Shown: positions 38,616 to 48,156 of the stretch, in pieces
Layout of the letters: each line of letters begins with the position of its first letter
How positions within the stretch are numbered: the stretch's first letter is position 1
IMG/VR virus record: IMGVR_UViG_3300037400_006466
Coordinates: 32,001-96,000 of that record
Strand: one strand, 5' to 3'
Length of the DNA: 64,000 nucleotides
Source: a virus
Lineage: Duplodnaviria > Heunggongvirae > Uroviricota > Caudoviricetes
Translations under genes and position numbers: made by a program
Notes under the pieces: generated by a model
Database searches by the model: none
Told to the model about the DNA's origin: nothing
Seen by the model: the letters and a program-made list of their open reading frames with translations, nothing else

Positions 38616-40118
38616 ATGAGCACAAGCCAGTTGGTCACAGTGGCAGGAATAAACAAAGTATGGACAGCCACTAAGGCACTGTATAATAAACTTGATAACA
38701 GACTGGATGATATTGGTAGAGTATTCAAGTATAAGGATACATTATCAAACTGGGCTGCATTAAAAGCAAAGGCTCCTCTTGAAGTAGGTGACGCTTACCT
38801 GGTAAGCGCTGATTATCCTGCATTTCCTGAAGACCCCACAAATTATCCAGAATATGACTCACAAAATCCTTCCCCAAGGATGTTTATATGTATAAAGGCT
38901 CATACAGGTAATACTCCACCTTCTTATTCATTTGATACAGATACAGATAACTCTAATCACTGGTCAAAATATTGGAATCCTATTGATTTGAATTTATCTT
39001 TGGCGGATACTAACAAGTATGGTATAGTCAGATTATTATCTGCTGATATAGATCATAATAACAGACGTATACAAGGTGTAAGTGGTCTTTATGTGAATGT
39101 TCCTGATGCCACTGCTAAGGGTAATAATAGCTCTACTGGTCTTGTCAAACCAGGAGATGGTATTAACATAAATAATGGTGAGATTTCCATTAAGGCTGGT
39201 GCTGGAATTCTTATTGACACCACACCACAAACTGGTCATGAAATAAAGAATACTGGTATAAGAGGGATAACTGTAGGAAGCACAAAGTATTCTAATATAG
39301 ATGGATTCACAATATCTTCTTCAAATTCCAATACTATAGGTTTTACTGATGAGAATTCAACAGCATCATCAATTACTCTTAAAGGCGCCTGTACAAATGA
39401 TATAAGCGGTGGTGTAGGGAATAGTTCCAAACCTATTTATATCACTTCAGGAGGAGAGGCCGCTCCTATAACTTCTCTTCGTCTATCAGTTAATAATTCT
39501 GAACAAAGTAATTATTTGGCAACTTTTACCAGTGGAACAGCAGCTGGGACTAACAAAAGAAGAACTGTAGAAATAACAGGATATGGAACTAGTAATAATG
39601 ATGACCCAACTTCATCTGACAGCAATATCGATGTTGCTCTCCATGTCAATGGAGCTGCTAGGGTTACAGGAGCTTTCAGCGCTCTTAAAGTCTATCACGC
39701 AGTTTGGAATGATATCTCTGATGCCATTGAAGTCCAGGATACCTTGAAGACAGACCCAGGATATTGTTATTTCTTTGACGGAAAGGAATATCACAGAACA
39801 GGCAAGTATTGTCAGAAGGGAATAATCGGTATCCACTCTGATACAGCTGGTTCTGTTCTCGGAAGAAAAGGAAAGCACAAGGAGCTTGATATCTCAGTAG
39901 GTGGATTCGTTCTTGCCTATGTAGATAAGGAATATGCACCTGGAACACCTTTGACTTCTGCTCCTGATGGAAGACTCACCAAGATGGGTCTTGTAAGCAG
40001 AATCCTTCACCCAGAGAGACTTGTAGCCACATACTGGAAGAAGGAGACTAATAAAGAGTGGGGTGATGAATCTCATAAAATTGAAGTCAATGGAAGACAT
40101 TGGGTGAAGGTGAGGTAA
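38616..40118 (+). CDS. Tail fibre/spike with C-terminal intramolecular chaperone (peptidase G2-like)
   Basis: S/T/G/N-rich body, 'GLVKPGDGININNGEIS' fibre repeat, C-terminal 'AVWNDISD...GIIGIHSD...ISVGGFV'. Confidence 0.65.
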   Translation: MSTSQLVTVAGINKVWTATKALYNKLDNRLDDIGRVFKYKDTLSNWAALKAKAPLEVGDAYLVSADYPAFPEDPTNYPEYDSQNPSPRMFICIKAHTGNTPPSYSFDTDTDNSNHWSKYWNPIDLNLSLADTNKYGIVRLLSADIDHNNRRIQGVSGLYVNVPDATAKGNNSSTGLVKPGDGININNGEISIKAGAGILIDTTPQTGHEIKNTGIRGITVGSTKYSNIDGFTISSSNSNTIGFTDENSTASSITLKGACTNDISGGVGNSSKPIYITSGGEAAPITSLRLSVNNSEQSNYLATFTSGTAAGTNKRRTVEITGYGTSNNDDPTSSDSNIDVALHVNGAARVTGAFSALKVYHAVWNDISDAIEVQDTLKTDPGYCYFFDGKEYHRTGKYCQKGIIGIHSDTAGSVLGRKGKHKELDISVGGFVLAYVDKEYAPGTPLTSAPDGRLTKMGLVSRILHPERLVATYWKKETNKEWGDESHKIEVNGRHWVKVR

Positions 40119-40122
40119 TTAC

Positions 40123-40690
40123 TATGAGAAGATATAGAGAAGAAGAAAGACTTGAAGATGAGCAGATGTTCGGTAGAAGCAAGAAGGCTCTTGAAATAAT
40201 TGACCAGAGTGAAACTGATGAGGATGCTCTTGAAGCTCTCTTTGAGGAGTTTGTTCCTGCATCAGGTCCTGCTGACACTGTAGGTGGTGAGATTGTCAGA
40301 GCCATAAACAGAATCATATACAGATGGTCTAATGATGGTGACCAGATTGGTTTCGATTATGGTGTAGAGACAGTTAATTCCTCTTATGAGTATCTTATTG
40401 AGAAAGATATCATAATCGACAAGTTTGATGATTATCTTTATGACAGTTCCAGTAATTTTGATTCAGATGATTATGATGAGTTCCTTGACCAGCTCATGAA
40501 GCAGGTCCTAGACACCCTTTACAACAGACCGGAGCTCTTTGATGAGAAGAACGAGGATAACTCAAGAAGCGGTTACACCTATTCCGTTGAGGAAGATATT
40601 GAATCTTGGGGTGATGCTGAGGAAGATGAGGACAGTGACTGGTACTTCTATCATGGAGAAGATGACGAAGAAGTCGAGGAAGAGGAATAA
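40123..40690 (+). CDS. Acidic hypothetical protein
   Basis: Start at MRRYREE after GAGG; 'LFEEFVPASGPADTVGGEIVRAINRIIYRWSNDGD' domain. Confidence 0.7.
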
Positions 40691-41046
40691 GTCTTAATTA
40701 TAAGAAAGAATATAAGGGTTATATAGGTTATATATGACCCTTTTAAAATAATTGCACTAACTATATGTAGTTCTGTAAAGAACTGCTCAAATTGTGTAAA
40801 TAAAGAGAAATGATTTGATTTGATTTCAAATCCCCGCAAAGACTACAAATGGTTTTTGTCCTACCAGTTCACAGATGAACGGTTTCCTGAGAATCCAGAT
40901 ATGATTCTTTTTCCAGTCCACTTGCATGCTCATGCAGTCTCATAACATGGTGGCTGAAATCTTTCAATAAAGAAATAACTCTTTAGATGCTCCAATTGAA
41001 CAAACACTTTAATTAAAAAACAATTTTTTAGATAGGAACTTTTAGT

Positions 41047-41305
41047 ATGGCACTTACAAAGCACATGACTAATAGAAAGGCCGCTCCTAAGACAATCGAA
41101 TCCAGAGAAGACAGACTTTTCAGGGAAGAGAGAGAGTTCAGAGCTGACAAGCTCGTTGAGAAGTGGTCAAGAGTTAAGGAAATCGGAAGAGGAATTCCTG
41201 AGCTGCCAACACAGACAGCTAGAAATCTGGCAATTCTTCTTGAGAACCAGGCTTCAAGAATGAAGAGAATGACTGAAGCTCAGCTCAGCAATAGCTTCTT
41301 CGGCT
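41047..41305 (+). CDS. Major capsid protein, exon 1
   Basis: 'LVEKWS...ARNLAILLENQ...MTEA' matches the T4 gp23 N-terminal region; ends at the predicted 5' splice site GGCT|. Confidence 0.85.
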
Positions 41306-42522
41306 TAACCAAAAGTATGGTCGCTTAACTGGTAACAGTTAATGAAAAAAGTGGGTTAATTGCTGGAAACTCCCAGGAGTTAGGGACAATCAGCAGCTAA
41401 GTTCTTACCTACCTAGAAATAGGAAAAAGAAATGTCAGACCTTAATTTAACATATATTTGTAGTAATTGTGGAAAGGAATTTAAGAGAAGAAAGGACTTT
41501 GAAGAAGGAGAAGAAGTTCTTTGTAGAGGATGTAAGATTTCGAAATTCTATGGAGAGCATCCTGAGAAGTCCATTGAAAGACAACAAAAAAGTCAATTAA
41601 CTTCTTTGAAAAAGTATGGTACTACAAATCCTGCTAAGAGTGAAGAAATAAAAAAGAAAATATCTAATAATATTTCGGATACTTATAAAGATAGGAAAGA
41701 AGATATTTTGAATAAAAGAATTTCCACAAATATAGAAAAATTTGGTTATGATTTTCCAGCACAAAATCAAGAAATTTTGAATAAGGGGTTGGAAACACAA
41801 AGGTCTAGACAGGGATATATTGGATGGGAAAATAAGGAACTTCAAAAGAGTGCAGAAGAAAAAGCACATTCCCCAGAAGCCAGTATGAAAAGAAAGAATA
41901 CCAGTATTAAAAATTATGGTGTTTATTCTGTTGTAGGAAGTACTGGAAATTCTAATAGACTTAAAGGATATGAATATGATTCTTTAAGATTTGATAGTGG
42001 GTGGGAATTAGCCATATACATATGGTGTAAAGATAACAATGTTCCTGTAATTTATCATCCAGATTTTCATTTTACATATGAAGATGAGAACGGAATAGAA
42101 CATATATATTGGCCAGATTTCTTAATCAAGGGTCAATTTTATGAGACTAAAGGTGATCAGTTCTTCAATGATAAGGATGAGCCTTACAATAAATATACAA
42201 AGACTTTTTGGTGGAGTAAATACAATGCTCTTACAAAAAACAATGTAAAAATATTAAGAAAGGCTGATATGATACCTTACATAAAGTATGTAAATGATAC
42301 CTATGGAAAAGATTTTATTAAATCTTTTAAAAAGGTAAAATAAGAGGTAAGAAAAAGTTCAACGACTATTCCGAAAGGAAGTACATTCAAGTGAATGGAA
42401 ATGCCCACCATCCCTATGGGATGAAGATATAGTCTGACCTATATGGAAACATATAGCAGTTCTAATTTTTAAGCATGATTAGAACGGGCTTGAAAATAAC
42501 GACTTCAAGTTGAACACAAATG
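41306..42522 (+). mobile_element. Group I self-splicing intron (IA2-like, P7.1/P7.2 present) in the MCP gene
   Basis: P1 CGGCU/GGUCG with U-G at the splice site; P10 AGUAU/AUACU; P4 UGCUG/CAGCA; P3 GUGGG/CCCAC; P7 GACUA/UAGUC; P6a UCUUACCU/AGGUAAGA enclosing the ORF; terminal G at 42522; splicing restores the frame. Confidence 0.92.
41432..42343 (+). CDS. Intron-encoded homing endonuclease (zinc ribbon + KYG repeats + PD-(D/E)XK nuclease)
   Basis: CSNC...CRGC; KYGTTNPAK/KFGYDFPAQ/NYGVY repeats; FDSGWE...YWPDF...YETKG; AT-rich; lies in the P6a loop. Confidence 0.8.
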   Translation: MSDLNLTYICSNCGKEFKRRKDFEEGEEVLCRGCKISKFYGEHPEKSIERQQKSQLTSLKKYGTTNPAKSEEIKKKISNNISDTYKDRKEDILNKRISTNIEKFGYDFPAQNQEILNKGLETQRSRQGYIGWENKELQKSAEEKAHSPEASMKRKNTSIKNYGVYSVVGSTGNSNRLKGYEYDSLRFDSGWELAIYIWCKDNNVPVIYHPDFHFTYEDENGIEHIYWPDFLIKGQFYETKGDQFFNDKDEPYNKYTKTFWWSKYNALTKNNVKILRKADMIPYIKYVNDTYGKDFIKSFKKVK

Positions 42523-43901
42523 ATACTCCTGAGAATATGCTCAGACTCATCAGACTTAGTTATCCTAACAGCATCAGGGGAGACCTCTTCACTGAGTTCG
42601 CTATGGAGACAAGCCACGATTCAATCAAGTATGTCTATCCTGTTTACACCAATGCTCAGAGAAACGACTTTGACTGGGACAACACAGCTTTCACTGGTAA
42701 TCCTGAGAAGGGTTGGAACGGAACTGATTGGCCAATGGATAACAGATTTGATGACCCTGCACACAAGTATGATGTGATGTATGAGAGCCAGGAAAGCAGA
42801 TATGCAACAGAGCTTGTCAACGTTGACGAGGCTAACATTGATACTGCCACAGCTGGTTCTGTCAAGGTCACATTTGACGGTGGAGCACTCAAGGGTGCTT
42901 ATATTCCTAACGCTTCTGTCCTTTATGTTGTTGTTGATGGTGTGAGAAACGCTGTTGCAATGCAGGACGCTAAGGGCGGTTGGTTCGGTGGTAAGGATAT
43001 CCTTATTGATAAGACTGCACAGACTTACCTCAGATGCACAACTGTTGAGCAGACAGGTGTTGAGGCAACATTCACACTTGAGACCAAGACTGGCGCTGAT
43101 GGTGATTACGCCGCAGCTGGCGCACTTCCTGCAGGTGTCAAGTTCGCAGCAGTCGGAAGATTTGACTCTGAGAGAGACCTCACAGGTAAGTATCTCGGTG
43201 AAGTCGAACTTCAGATGAGAGACTACCACTTCAGACCAAGACCAATCACTCTTGGTGTCACATGGACACAGCTCACAGAGCTTGTTCTTGATACATCCTT
43301 CGGTGTTTCCGCTGAAGACCAGCTCATGCAGAGCGCTTCTGAGGAAATCAAGAAGTCCCTTGACTTCCAGGCTATCAAGTATGCAAGTGATGTCCAGAAG
43401 ACATATGCATCCAGCAACTTCGTTCAGTTCGATGCTGAAGCAGGTGCAGACATTGATGACTCCTACTGGCACACAGCACAGCTCATCAACCAGTCAATCG
43501 AGCATATTGCAGATAACATGCTTGATGACTTCCAGAGAGGTGGTGTGACTGCTATCGTCGGTGGAACAAGGGCTTGTACTTACCTCCAGCTCAATGAGGG
43601 ATGGAGCAACAAGGGTAAGCAGACTTCCATCGGTGCTCACAAGTTCGGTGAAATCAATGGTATTCCTGTATTCAAGGCTCCTGGAATCATGCCTAAGGAT
43701 CAGCTCCTTACCACTTGGAAGAATGACCAGGCTGATGGTGATGTCTCAATCGCTATTGGAACACTCCTTCCATTCTTCTCAACTGGTGCTCTCCAGAGAA
43801 AGAACTTCTACAAGGAAGCAGGTATCGCAAGATACGAAGATACACAGGCTCTCCAGCCAAAGTATCTTGGAAGAATTCAGATCAAGAACATCAGAGACTA
43901 A
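42523..43901 (+). CDS. Major capsid protein, exon 2 (spliced product 545 aa, T4 gp23-like)
   Basis: (Y)TPENMLRLIRLSYPN, RPITLGVTWT..TELVL, LMQSASEEIKKSLD, GIARY; highly biased codons. Confidence 0.9.
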
Positions 43902-43925
43902 TCTCTCAGATTCACCCCTTGAAAA

Positions 43926-43951
43926 GGCCTCCTTTATGGAGGTCTTTTTTT
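43926..43951 (+). terminator. Terminator after MCP
   Basis: GGCCTCC-TTTAT-GGAGGTC hairpin plus T-tract. Confidence 0.75.
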
Positions 43952-44064
43952 ATTCTCACAGACAAAAATAGAGGGGTCTATGCTCCTCTTTCTTTACTGA
44001 ATATCTGTTAACATCTTTTGTCAAAGAATTGAAATCTGACAATCCTGTGAGGTCTGGTAAAGAA

Positions 44065-44454
44065 TCAGATGAACTGAAGGCCACTTGACTTGAGCTTGTA
44101 CATCTGTCCTGTTGAGGCCTCCTGAGCCTCGATGGGATACTTCCTTGCCTTATTGTTGTATCCTGTGATGATGAACACCTTTCCTGAGAAGCTCTTGACC
44201 TTTGAGCCCACTATTGTGAAGGGGATGTTCTTTGCCCCTGACAATTTGAACTCAAATCCCAGCATCCTTTCTGTGTAATCATCAGCCTTATGAGTTCCAT
44301 CAGCATTGAGCTGCTCCATTGTTACTGTGAGCTTGACCTCTCTCTCACCGAATGAGAGATTGTTTCTTGTGAGTGTGAGGTTGTACTTGCCGAGAACAGC
44401 CTTGATGGCTGCGTCCAGTTCTCTGTGAAGTGATGTTGCTTCTGTTCTTGTCAT
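44065..44454 (-). CDS. Early hypothetical protein
   Basis: Start moved to MTRTEAT after AAGGAG; C-terminal 'FIITGYNNKARKYPI...TGQMYK' SH3-like segment. Confidence 0.7.
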   Translation of the reverse strand: MTRTEATSLHRELDAAIKAVLGKYNLTLTRNNLSFGEREVKLTVTMEQLNADGTHKADDYTERMLGFEFKLSGAKNIPFTIVGSKVKSFSGKVFIITGYNNKARKYPIEAQEASTGQMYKLKSSGLQFI

Positions 44455-44464
44455 GGTTTCTTTT

Positions 44465-44507
44465 CTCCTTACATTCTTATGATACCATAACTGGGGATAT
44501 TTGTCAA
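44465..44507 (-). promoter_or_regulatory. Early sigma70-type promoter
   Basis: TTGACA-N17-TATCAT...ATGTAAGGAG; the -35 contains the upstream TGA stop. Confidence 0.75.
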
Positions 44508-44908
44508 CAGCTTTTAGCGAAAAAGTTGATTCCTGACATTGACAGTACTTCTCTCTTGGCCTCTTCAAGGGCTTTTTCCACTTCTGTCTCAGACAAAAAG
44601 GAGTCCCAATCCACTACTCCGAAGCAGTTGGTGTTGGAATTAAGGATACCAAGGAATCTGTTGGGTCTTCCATTGAGGTTGTCAAGATTACCCGTCAAAG
44701 CCCTTACTTTGAGATTCAGTATCATTCTCTCAGCCTCCACTGTTCCTACACCCAGTGTCTCTATATAGCTGAGGAACTTCCAGAAGAACTCAGGGACCTG
44801 TTCCTCATCCATCTGCTTGGCAATAGGCTCATAGAGGTCCTTTCTGGGTATCATCATTTCAAAGTCTCCTGCAGGATTGAGGATTCTTACAAACTTCTTC
44901 TTGAACAT
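44504..44908 (-). CDS. Early hypothetical protein
   Basis: Start moved to MFKKKF after AAGGAGG. Confidence 0.7.
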   Translation of the reverse strand: MFKKKFVRILNPAGDFEMMIPRKDLYEPIAKQMDEEQVPEFFWKFLSYIETLGVGTVEAERMILNLKVRALTGNLDNLNGRPNRFLGILNSNTNCFGVVDWDSFLSETEVEKALEEAKREVLSMSGINFFAKSC

Positions 44909-44915
44909 ATTCTGT

Positions 44916-44960
44916 TCCTCCTTACATATTGAATATACCATATATTCCTTCATTTGTCAA
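44916..44960 (-). promoter_or_regulatory. Early sigma70-type promoter
   Basis: TTGACA-N17-TATATT...ATGTAAGGAGG. Confidence 0.75.
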
Positions 44961-44990
44961 TAGATAACAGAACATATAAGAGGCCTTAAA

Positions 44991-45015
44991 AGAAAAACCC
45001 CTCAAATGAGGGGTT
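44991..45015 (-). terminator. Terminator after the MTase array
   Basis: AACCCCTCA-AA-TGAGGGGTT with an A-tract on the left. Confidence 0.75.
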
Positions 45016-45036
45016 CATTTTTATCATTTAGGTCAT

Positions 45037-45873
45037 TTAGAACCAAAGGCTTCTTCCCTTGAACTTCTTTATCCTGTTCTTGGCCCATTTCACCTGATTG
45101 GGTGAGAGTTCAGTTCCTATGTAACTCATTCCACATTCCACACATCCTACTGCGGTTGTTCCGCTTCCCATGAAGGGGTCAAATATAAGAGCCTTCTTGG
45201 GTGAATAGAGCTGAATTATCTTCTCCACGAACTCTGTGGAGTATGTGGCTGAATTGAACTCACAGACCTCATCGTTGTTGTATCTTGTCTCAATCCTGTT
45301 CTCATAGGGATTGGTGTACATGGAGTTGCCTATTCTCTTTGTGGGGTCATGGTTGATATAATAGGTGTCAAGCTCAGACTTCCTGCAGAAGATGAACAGA
45401 GGCTCACATATCCTTGAAAGCTTATTCCCTATGGAGAGTGGGATGGCGTTTGACTTGTACCATGTGATATAATCACATAAGGTAAAGTCAGTCTCATCCA
45501 TGATATACATAAGGGAGAGCCAAGTGGAGTTGTTTATTCCGTCCTCATTGGAGTTCTCTGATGATACGCCATAGGACACGTTCCATGCAATTACTCCGTT
45601 GGGCTTGAGTTTGGGCTCAAGGGCGTTGAATATGTTCCTTATCCATTCAGCATACTGAATCTCACTCTTGTTATCTACATCAGTGTCATATCTGTTGTAG
45701 GAGTGTTTCCTTATCTTTGTCCCTTTCTCCTTGTCCTCATCCTTCTTGTCCTGTGAGCGTGAAATGCTTGTGTTGTAGGGAGGTGAGGTGATGACCAAAT
45801 CAAGGCTGTGGTCATCCATTCTTGGAATGACCTGGAGGCAGTCCTCATTGTAGATTTCATTTACCTTGAACAA
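45037..45873 (-). CDS. Beta-class N4-cytosine/N6-adenine DNA methyltransferase
   Basis: ITSPPY catalytic motif precedes DPFMGSGTT SAM motif. Confidence 0.92.
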   Translation of the reverse strand: MFKVNEIYNEDCLQVIPRMDDHSLDLVITSPPYNTSISRSQDKKDEDKEKGTKIRKHSYNRYDTDVDNKSEIQYAEWIRNIFNALEPKLKPNGVIAWNVSYGVSSENSNEDGINNSTWLSLMYIMDETDFTLCDYITWYKSNAIPLSIGNKLSRICEPLFIFCRKSELDTYYINHDPTKRIGNSMYTNPYENRIETRYNNDEVCEFNSATYSTEFVEKIIQLYSPKKALIFDPFMGSGTTAVGCVECGMSYIGTELSPNQVKWAKNRIKKFKGRSLWF

Positions 45874-46501
45874 CTGGGGCCTCCTCCATCATATAATAGA
45901 TGTTTCCATTATCAGGACAATAGAGCCTTAAAAGATATTCCTTAAGCTGCTTGTAATCTTCCTCTGGAGTCTTTCCGTTTGTAGTGATGATGTTGTAGAG
46001 AGGGGTATGATAGGATGCGTTTCCTCTTGTTGTCTGAACCTCTACGTTCAGATGATATGTCCTGTACTCGCTCTTTCTGCATAATACGAATATGGGCTCA
46101 CATATCACATCAAGGCTGTTCTCCCTCTGTCCCTTTGTCTTGGAGCCTTTCTTCCACACGATTACATCACCTATGGAGTAATCTGTAGTCTTGATGGCAG
46201 ACATGACTGACTTCCAGGTGGCATTGACCTCATTGGGAAGTCCGTTCTTTCCCCAGTATCCTGAAAGGAGAATGACTGAGTTCTCATCCATTATCTCATC
46301 AAAGGTGTTGATGAGTTCGCTGATTTCCTTGACATAATTTTCTTCTGTGTCAACTTTATCAAGGAAAGTGCTTCTGTCTGTCAGATGTTCAGGGTATACT
46401 GCCATTGCGACATTGACCTTTGTTCCGTTTGATGGAACTTTGTTGTCATACCATTCTCTGAATTTCTTTCCTTTAAGTTGTGGAGCTTCTTTTAACTTCA
46501 T
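45857..46501 (-). CDS. Degenerate MTase paralogue lacking catalytic and SAM-binding motifs
   Basis: Shares 'DVIVWKK...LDVICEPIFVLCRKSEYRTYH' with its neighbours, but has no SPPY or DPFxGxG. Confidence 0.65.
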   Translation of the reverse strand: MKLKEAPQLKGKKFREWYDNKVPSNGTKVNVAMAVYPEHLTDRSTFLDKVDTEENYVKEISELINTFDEIMDENSVILLSGYWGKNGLPNEVNATWKSVMSAIKTTDYSIGDVIVWKKGSKTKGQRENSLDVICEPIFVLCRKSEYRTYHLNVEVQTTRGNASYHTPLYNIITTNGKTPEEDYKQLKEYLLRLYCPDNGNIYYMMEEAPVVQGK

Positions 46502-46516
46502 ATATTTAATATAACC

Positions 46517-47338
46517 TCATCTGAACCAAAGTGAGTTCCCTTTGAATCTCTTTATCCTTTTCTCAGCCCATTTGCACTGATTTGGGCTTAGTTCTGTTCC
46601 TATATAATTCATTCCGCAGGATATGGCTCCTATTGCAGTTGTTCCTGTCCCCATGAAGGGGTCATAGACAAGTCCCTTGGGAGTACCATACAGAGCAAGT
46701 GATTTCTCCACAAATTCTGATGGATATGTGGCTGCATTGAAGTCGCATACCTCATCATTGCAGAGTTTTGTCTGAACCCAGTTCTCTGCAGGCTGTGATA
46801 CATACCAACCCTTTACTTTCTCTTTATTGACATGGTAAGTGGAGATTTCAGTTTTCCTTGCGAATACCCATACAATCTCACAGATTCTTGTAAGGTCATT
46901 ATTGGTGTTCAAGGGGGTTGTGACTGGTTTTTTCCAGGGATAATAATCCACAAGGGTGAACGGGGTCTTGTCCATTATGGCCAGCAGTGAATACCATACC
47001 GCATAGTTGGGTTTGCCTGTATCCCCTATACCATATGAAACATTCCATACTATTGTTCCATTTGGTTTCATTTTAGGTTCAAGGGCATTGAATATTGATG
47101 CTATGAAGTCTGCATATTCATCATCAGTCTGCTGGTCCTGGAACACATCATATCTTGAATGATGCTGTCTGAATCCTTTTTCCAATTTACCTTCTTTACG
47201 TTTTCTCTCTATTTCATCTTGGGATGATTTTTTGCTTGTATTGTATGGAGGACTGGTCACCACAGTATCTATGCTGAAATCATCCAGCTTGGGAATAAAT
47301 GAAAGGCAGTCTTCATTGTATATCTTGTTTAAGTCCAT
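46517..47338 (-). CDS. Beta-class DNA methyltransferase
   Basis: VTSPPY...DPFMGTGTT. Confidence 0.92.
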   Translation of the reverse strand: MDLNKIYNEDCLSFIPKLDDFSIDTVVTSPPYNTSKKSSQDEIERKRKEGKLEKGFRQHHSRYDVFQDQQTDDEYADFIASIFNALEPKMKPNGTIVWNVSYGIGDTGKPNYAVWYSLLAIMDKTPFTLVDYYPWKKPVTTPLNTNNDLTRICEIVWVFARKTEISTYHVNKEKVKGWYVSQPAENWVQTKLCNDEVCDFNAATYPSEFVEKSLALYGTPKGLVYDPFMGTGTTAIGAISCGMNYIGTELSPNQCKWAEKRIKRFKGNSLWFR

Positions 47339-47386
47339 ATATATAATATAAAGTTTTTAATTGCTGGTTTTAAAATAAAAATGGCC

Positions 47387-48085
47387 TCAATTGAGGCCAT
47401 AGATTTCATTCATCTCATCAAGGGTGATAAAGGAATCATAGGTAATTTTCCTTTTTGAAATATGCTCCTTGATATGCTCCATTACTTCTTCTTTAGACCA
47501 GTCTATAGGAACAACCTTGAAATTATAGTCTGAAATTAGAGTAGGGATGGTTTTGATAAACTGAACTCTCCCTTTTCTATCCCCATTGTAATAATCACCT
47601 ACAAGGTTCTCCATATCATCTGCCAGGTCAGAAGTTCTTCCTACCACCATGTATCCTACTTTGTTTATAACATTACTGATGCTAATTCCTACAAGGATTC
47701 TAGTATCTCTAAAGCATTCTACCTTAGAAAAAGTGCAGTCTTCGAAGATTACATTTTTGCTAGACTCTCCAATGGATTTTACTTCCATAGCCCTGAAAAA
47801 AGCAGGGTCTTCCTTTTTAAATTTTCCAAGGTCGGCACCCCTTTTATTTGAATTAATCTCAAATCCAATTTTCTTTCCCAGCTCTTTGTCTCTCAGGTAT
47901 GAAAAAAGAGTATTGGTATTGGAATATTTTTCAGGGTATTTTGTCTGAAGATAGGATACCAGTTCAATAATCTGGTTTTCCTTTTCATTTTGATCATTCA
48001 GGTCGTTTGATGAATAATCAGAATCTGAAAAATAAGCCCTATCAAAATACTCATTACTCTCTGGAATAATCTTGTTCTCAGCCAT
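47387..48085 (-). CDS. Putative PD-(D/E)XK restriction-type endonuclease
   Basis: 'KRGAD...AMEVKS' motif; AT-rich; own sigma70 promoter; lies between MTases. Start moved to MAENK. Confidence 0.45.
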   Translation of the reverse strand: MAENKIIPESNEYFDRAYFSDSDYSSNDLNDQNEKENQIIELVSYLQTKYPEKYSNTNTLFSYLRDKELGKKIGFEINSNKRGADLGKFKKEDPAFFRAMEVKSIGESSKNVIFEDCTFSKVECFRDTRILVGISISNVINKVGYMVVGRTSDLADDMENLVGDYYNGDRKGRVQFIKTIPTLISDYNFKVVPIDWSKEEVMEHIKEHISKRKITYDSFITLDEMNEIYGLN

Positions 48086-48110
48086 AATTTTTTCCTTTTC
48101 AAGTAATTTA

Positions 48111-48139
48111 ATTATACCATACTCTAAAAAAAGAGTCAA
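48111..48139 (-). promoter_or_regulatory. sigma70-type promoter
   Basis: TTGACT-N17-TATAAT with extended TG. Confidence 0.75.
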
Positions 48140-48156
48140 TAGCTGAAATTATTTTT

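Noticed and set aside
41047-41328. Stand-alone 93-aa protein, and a separate 463-aa MCP starting at TTG 42510
   Set aside because: Both are better explained as exons of one intron-split gene. The last 7 codons of the first ORF and the first codons of the second lie within intron structure.
42621-43472. 283-aa antisense ORF over the MCP, and similar antisense ORFs at 13264-14007 and 37491-38138
   Set aside because: Shadow frames caused by strong codon bias on the coding strand; no RBS, promoter motif or protein motifs.
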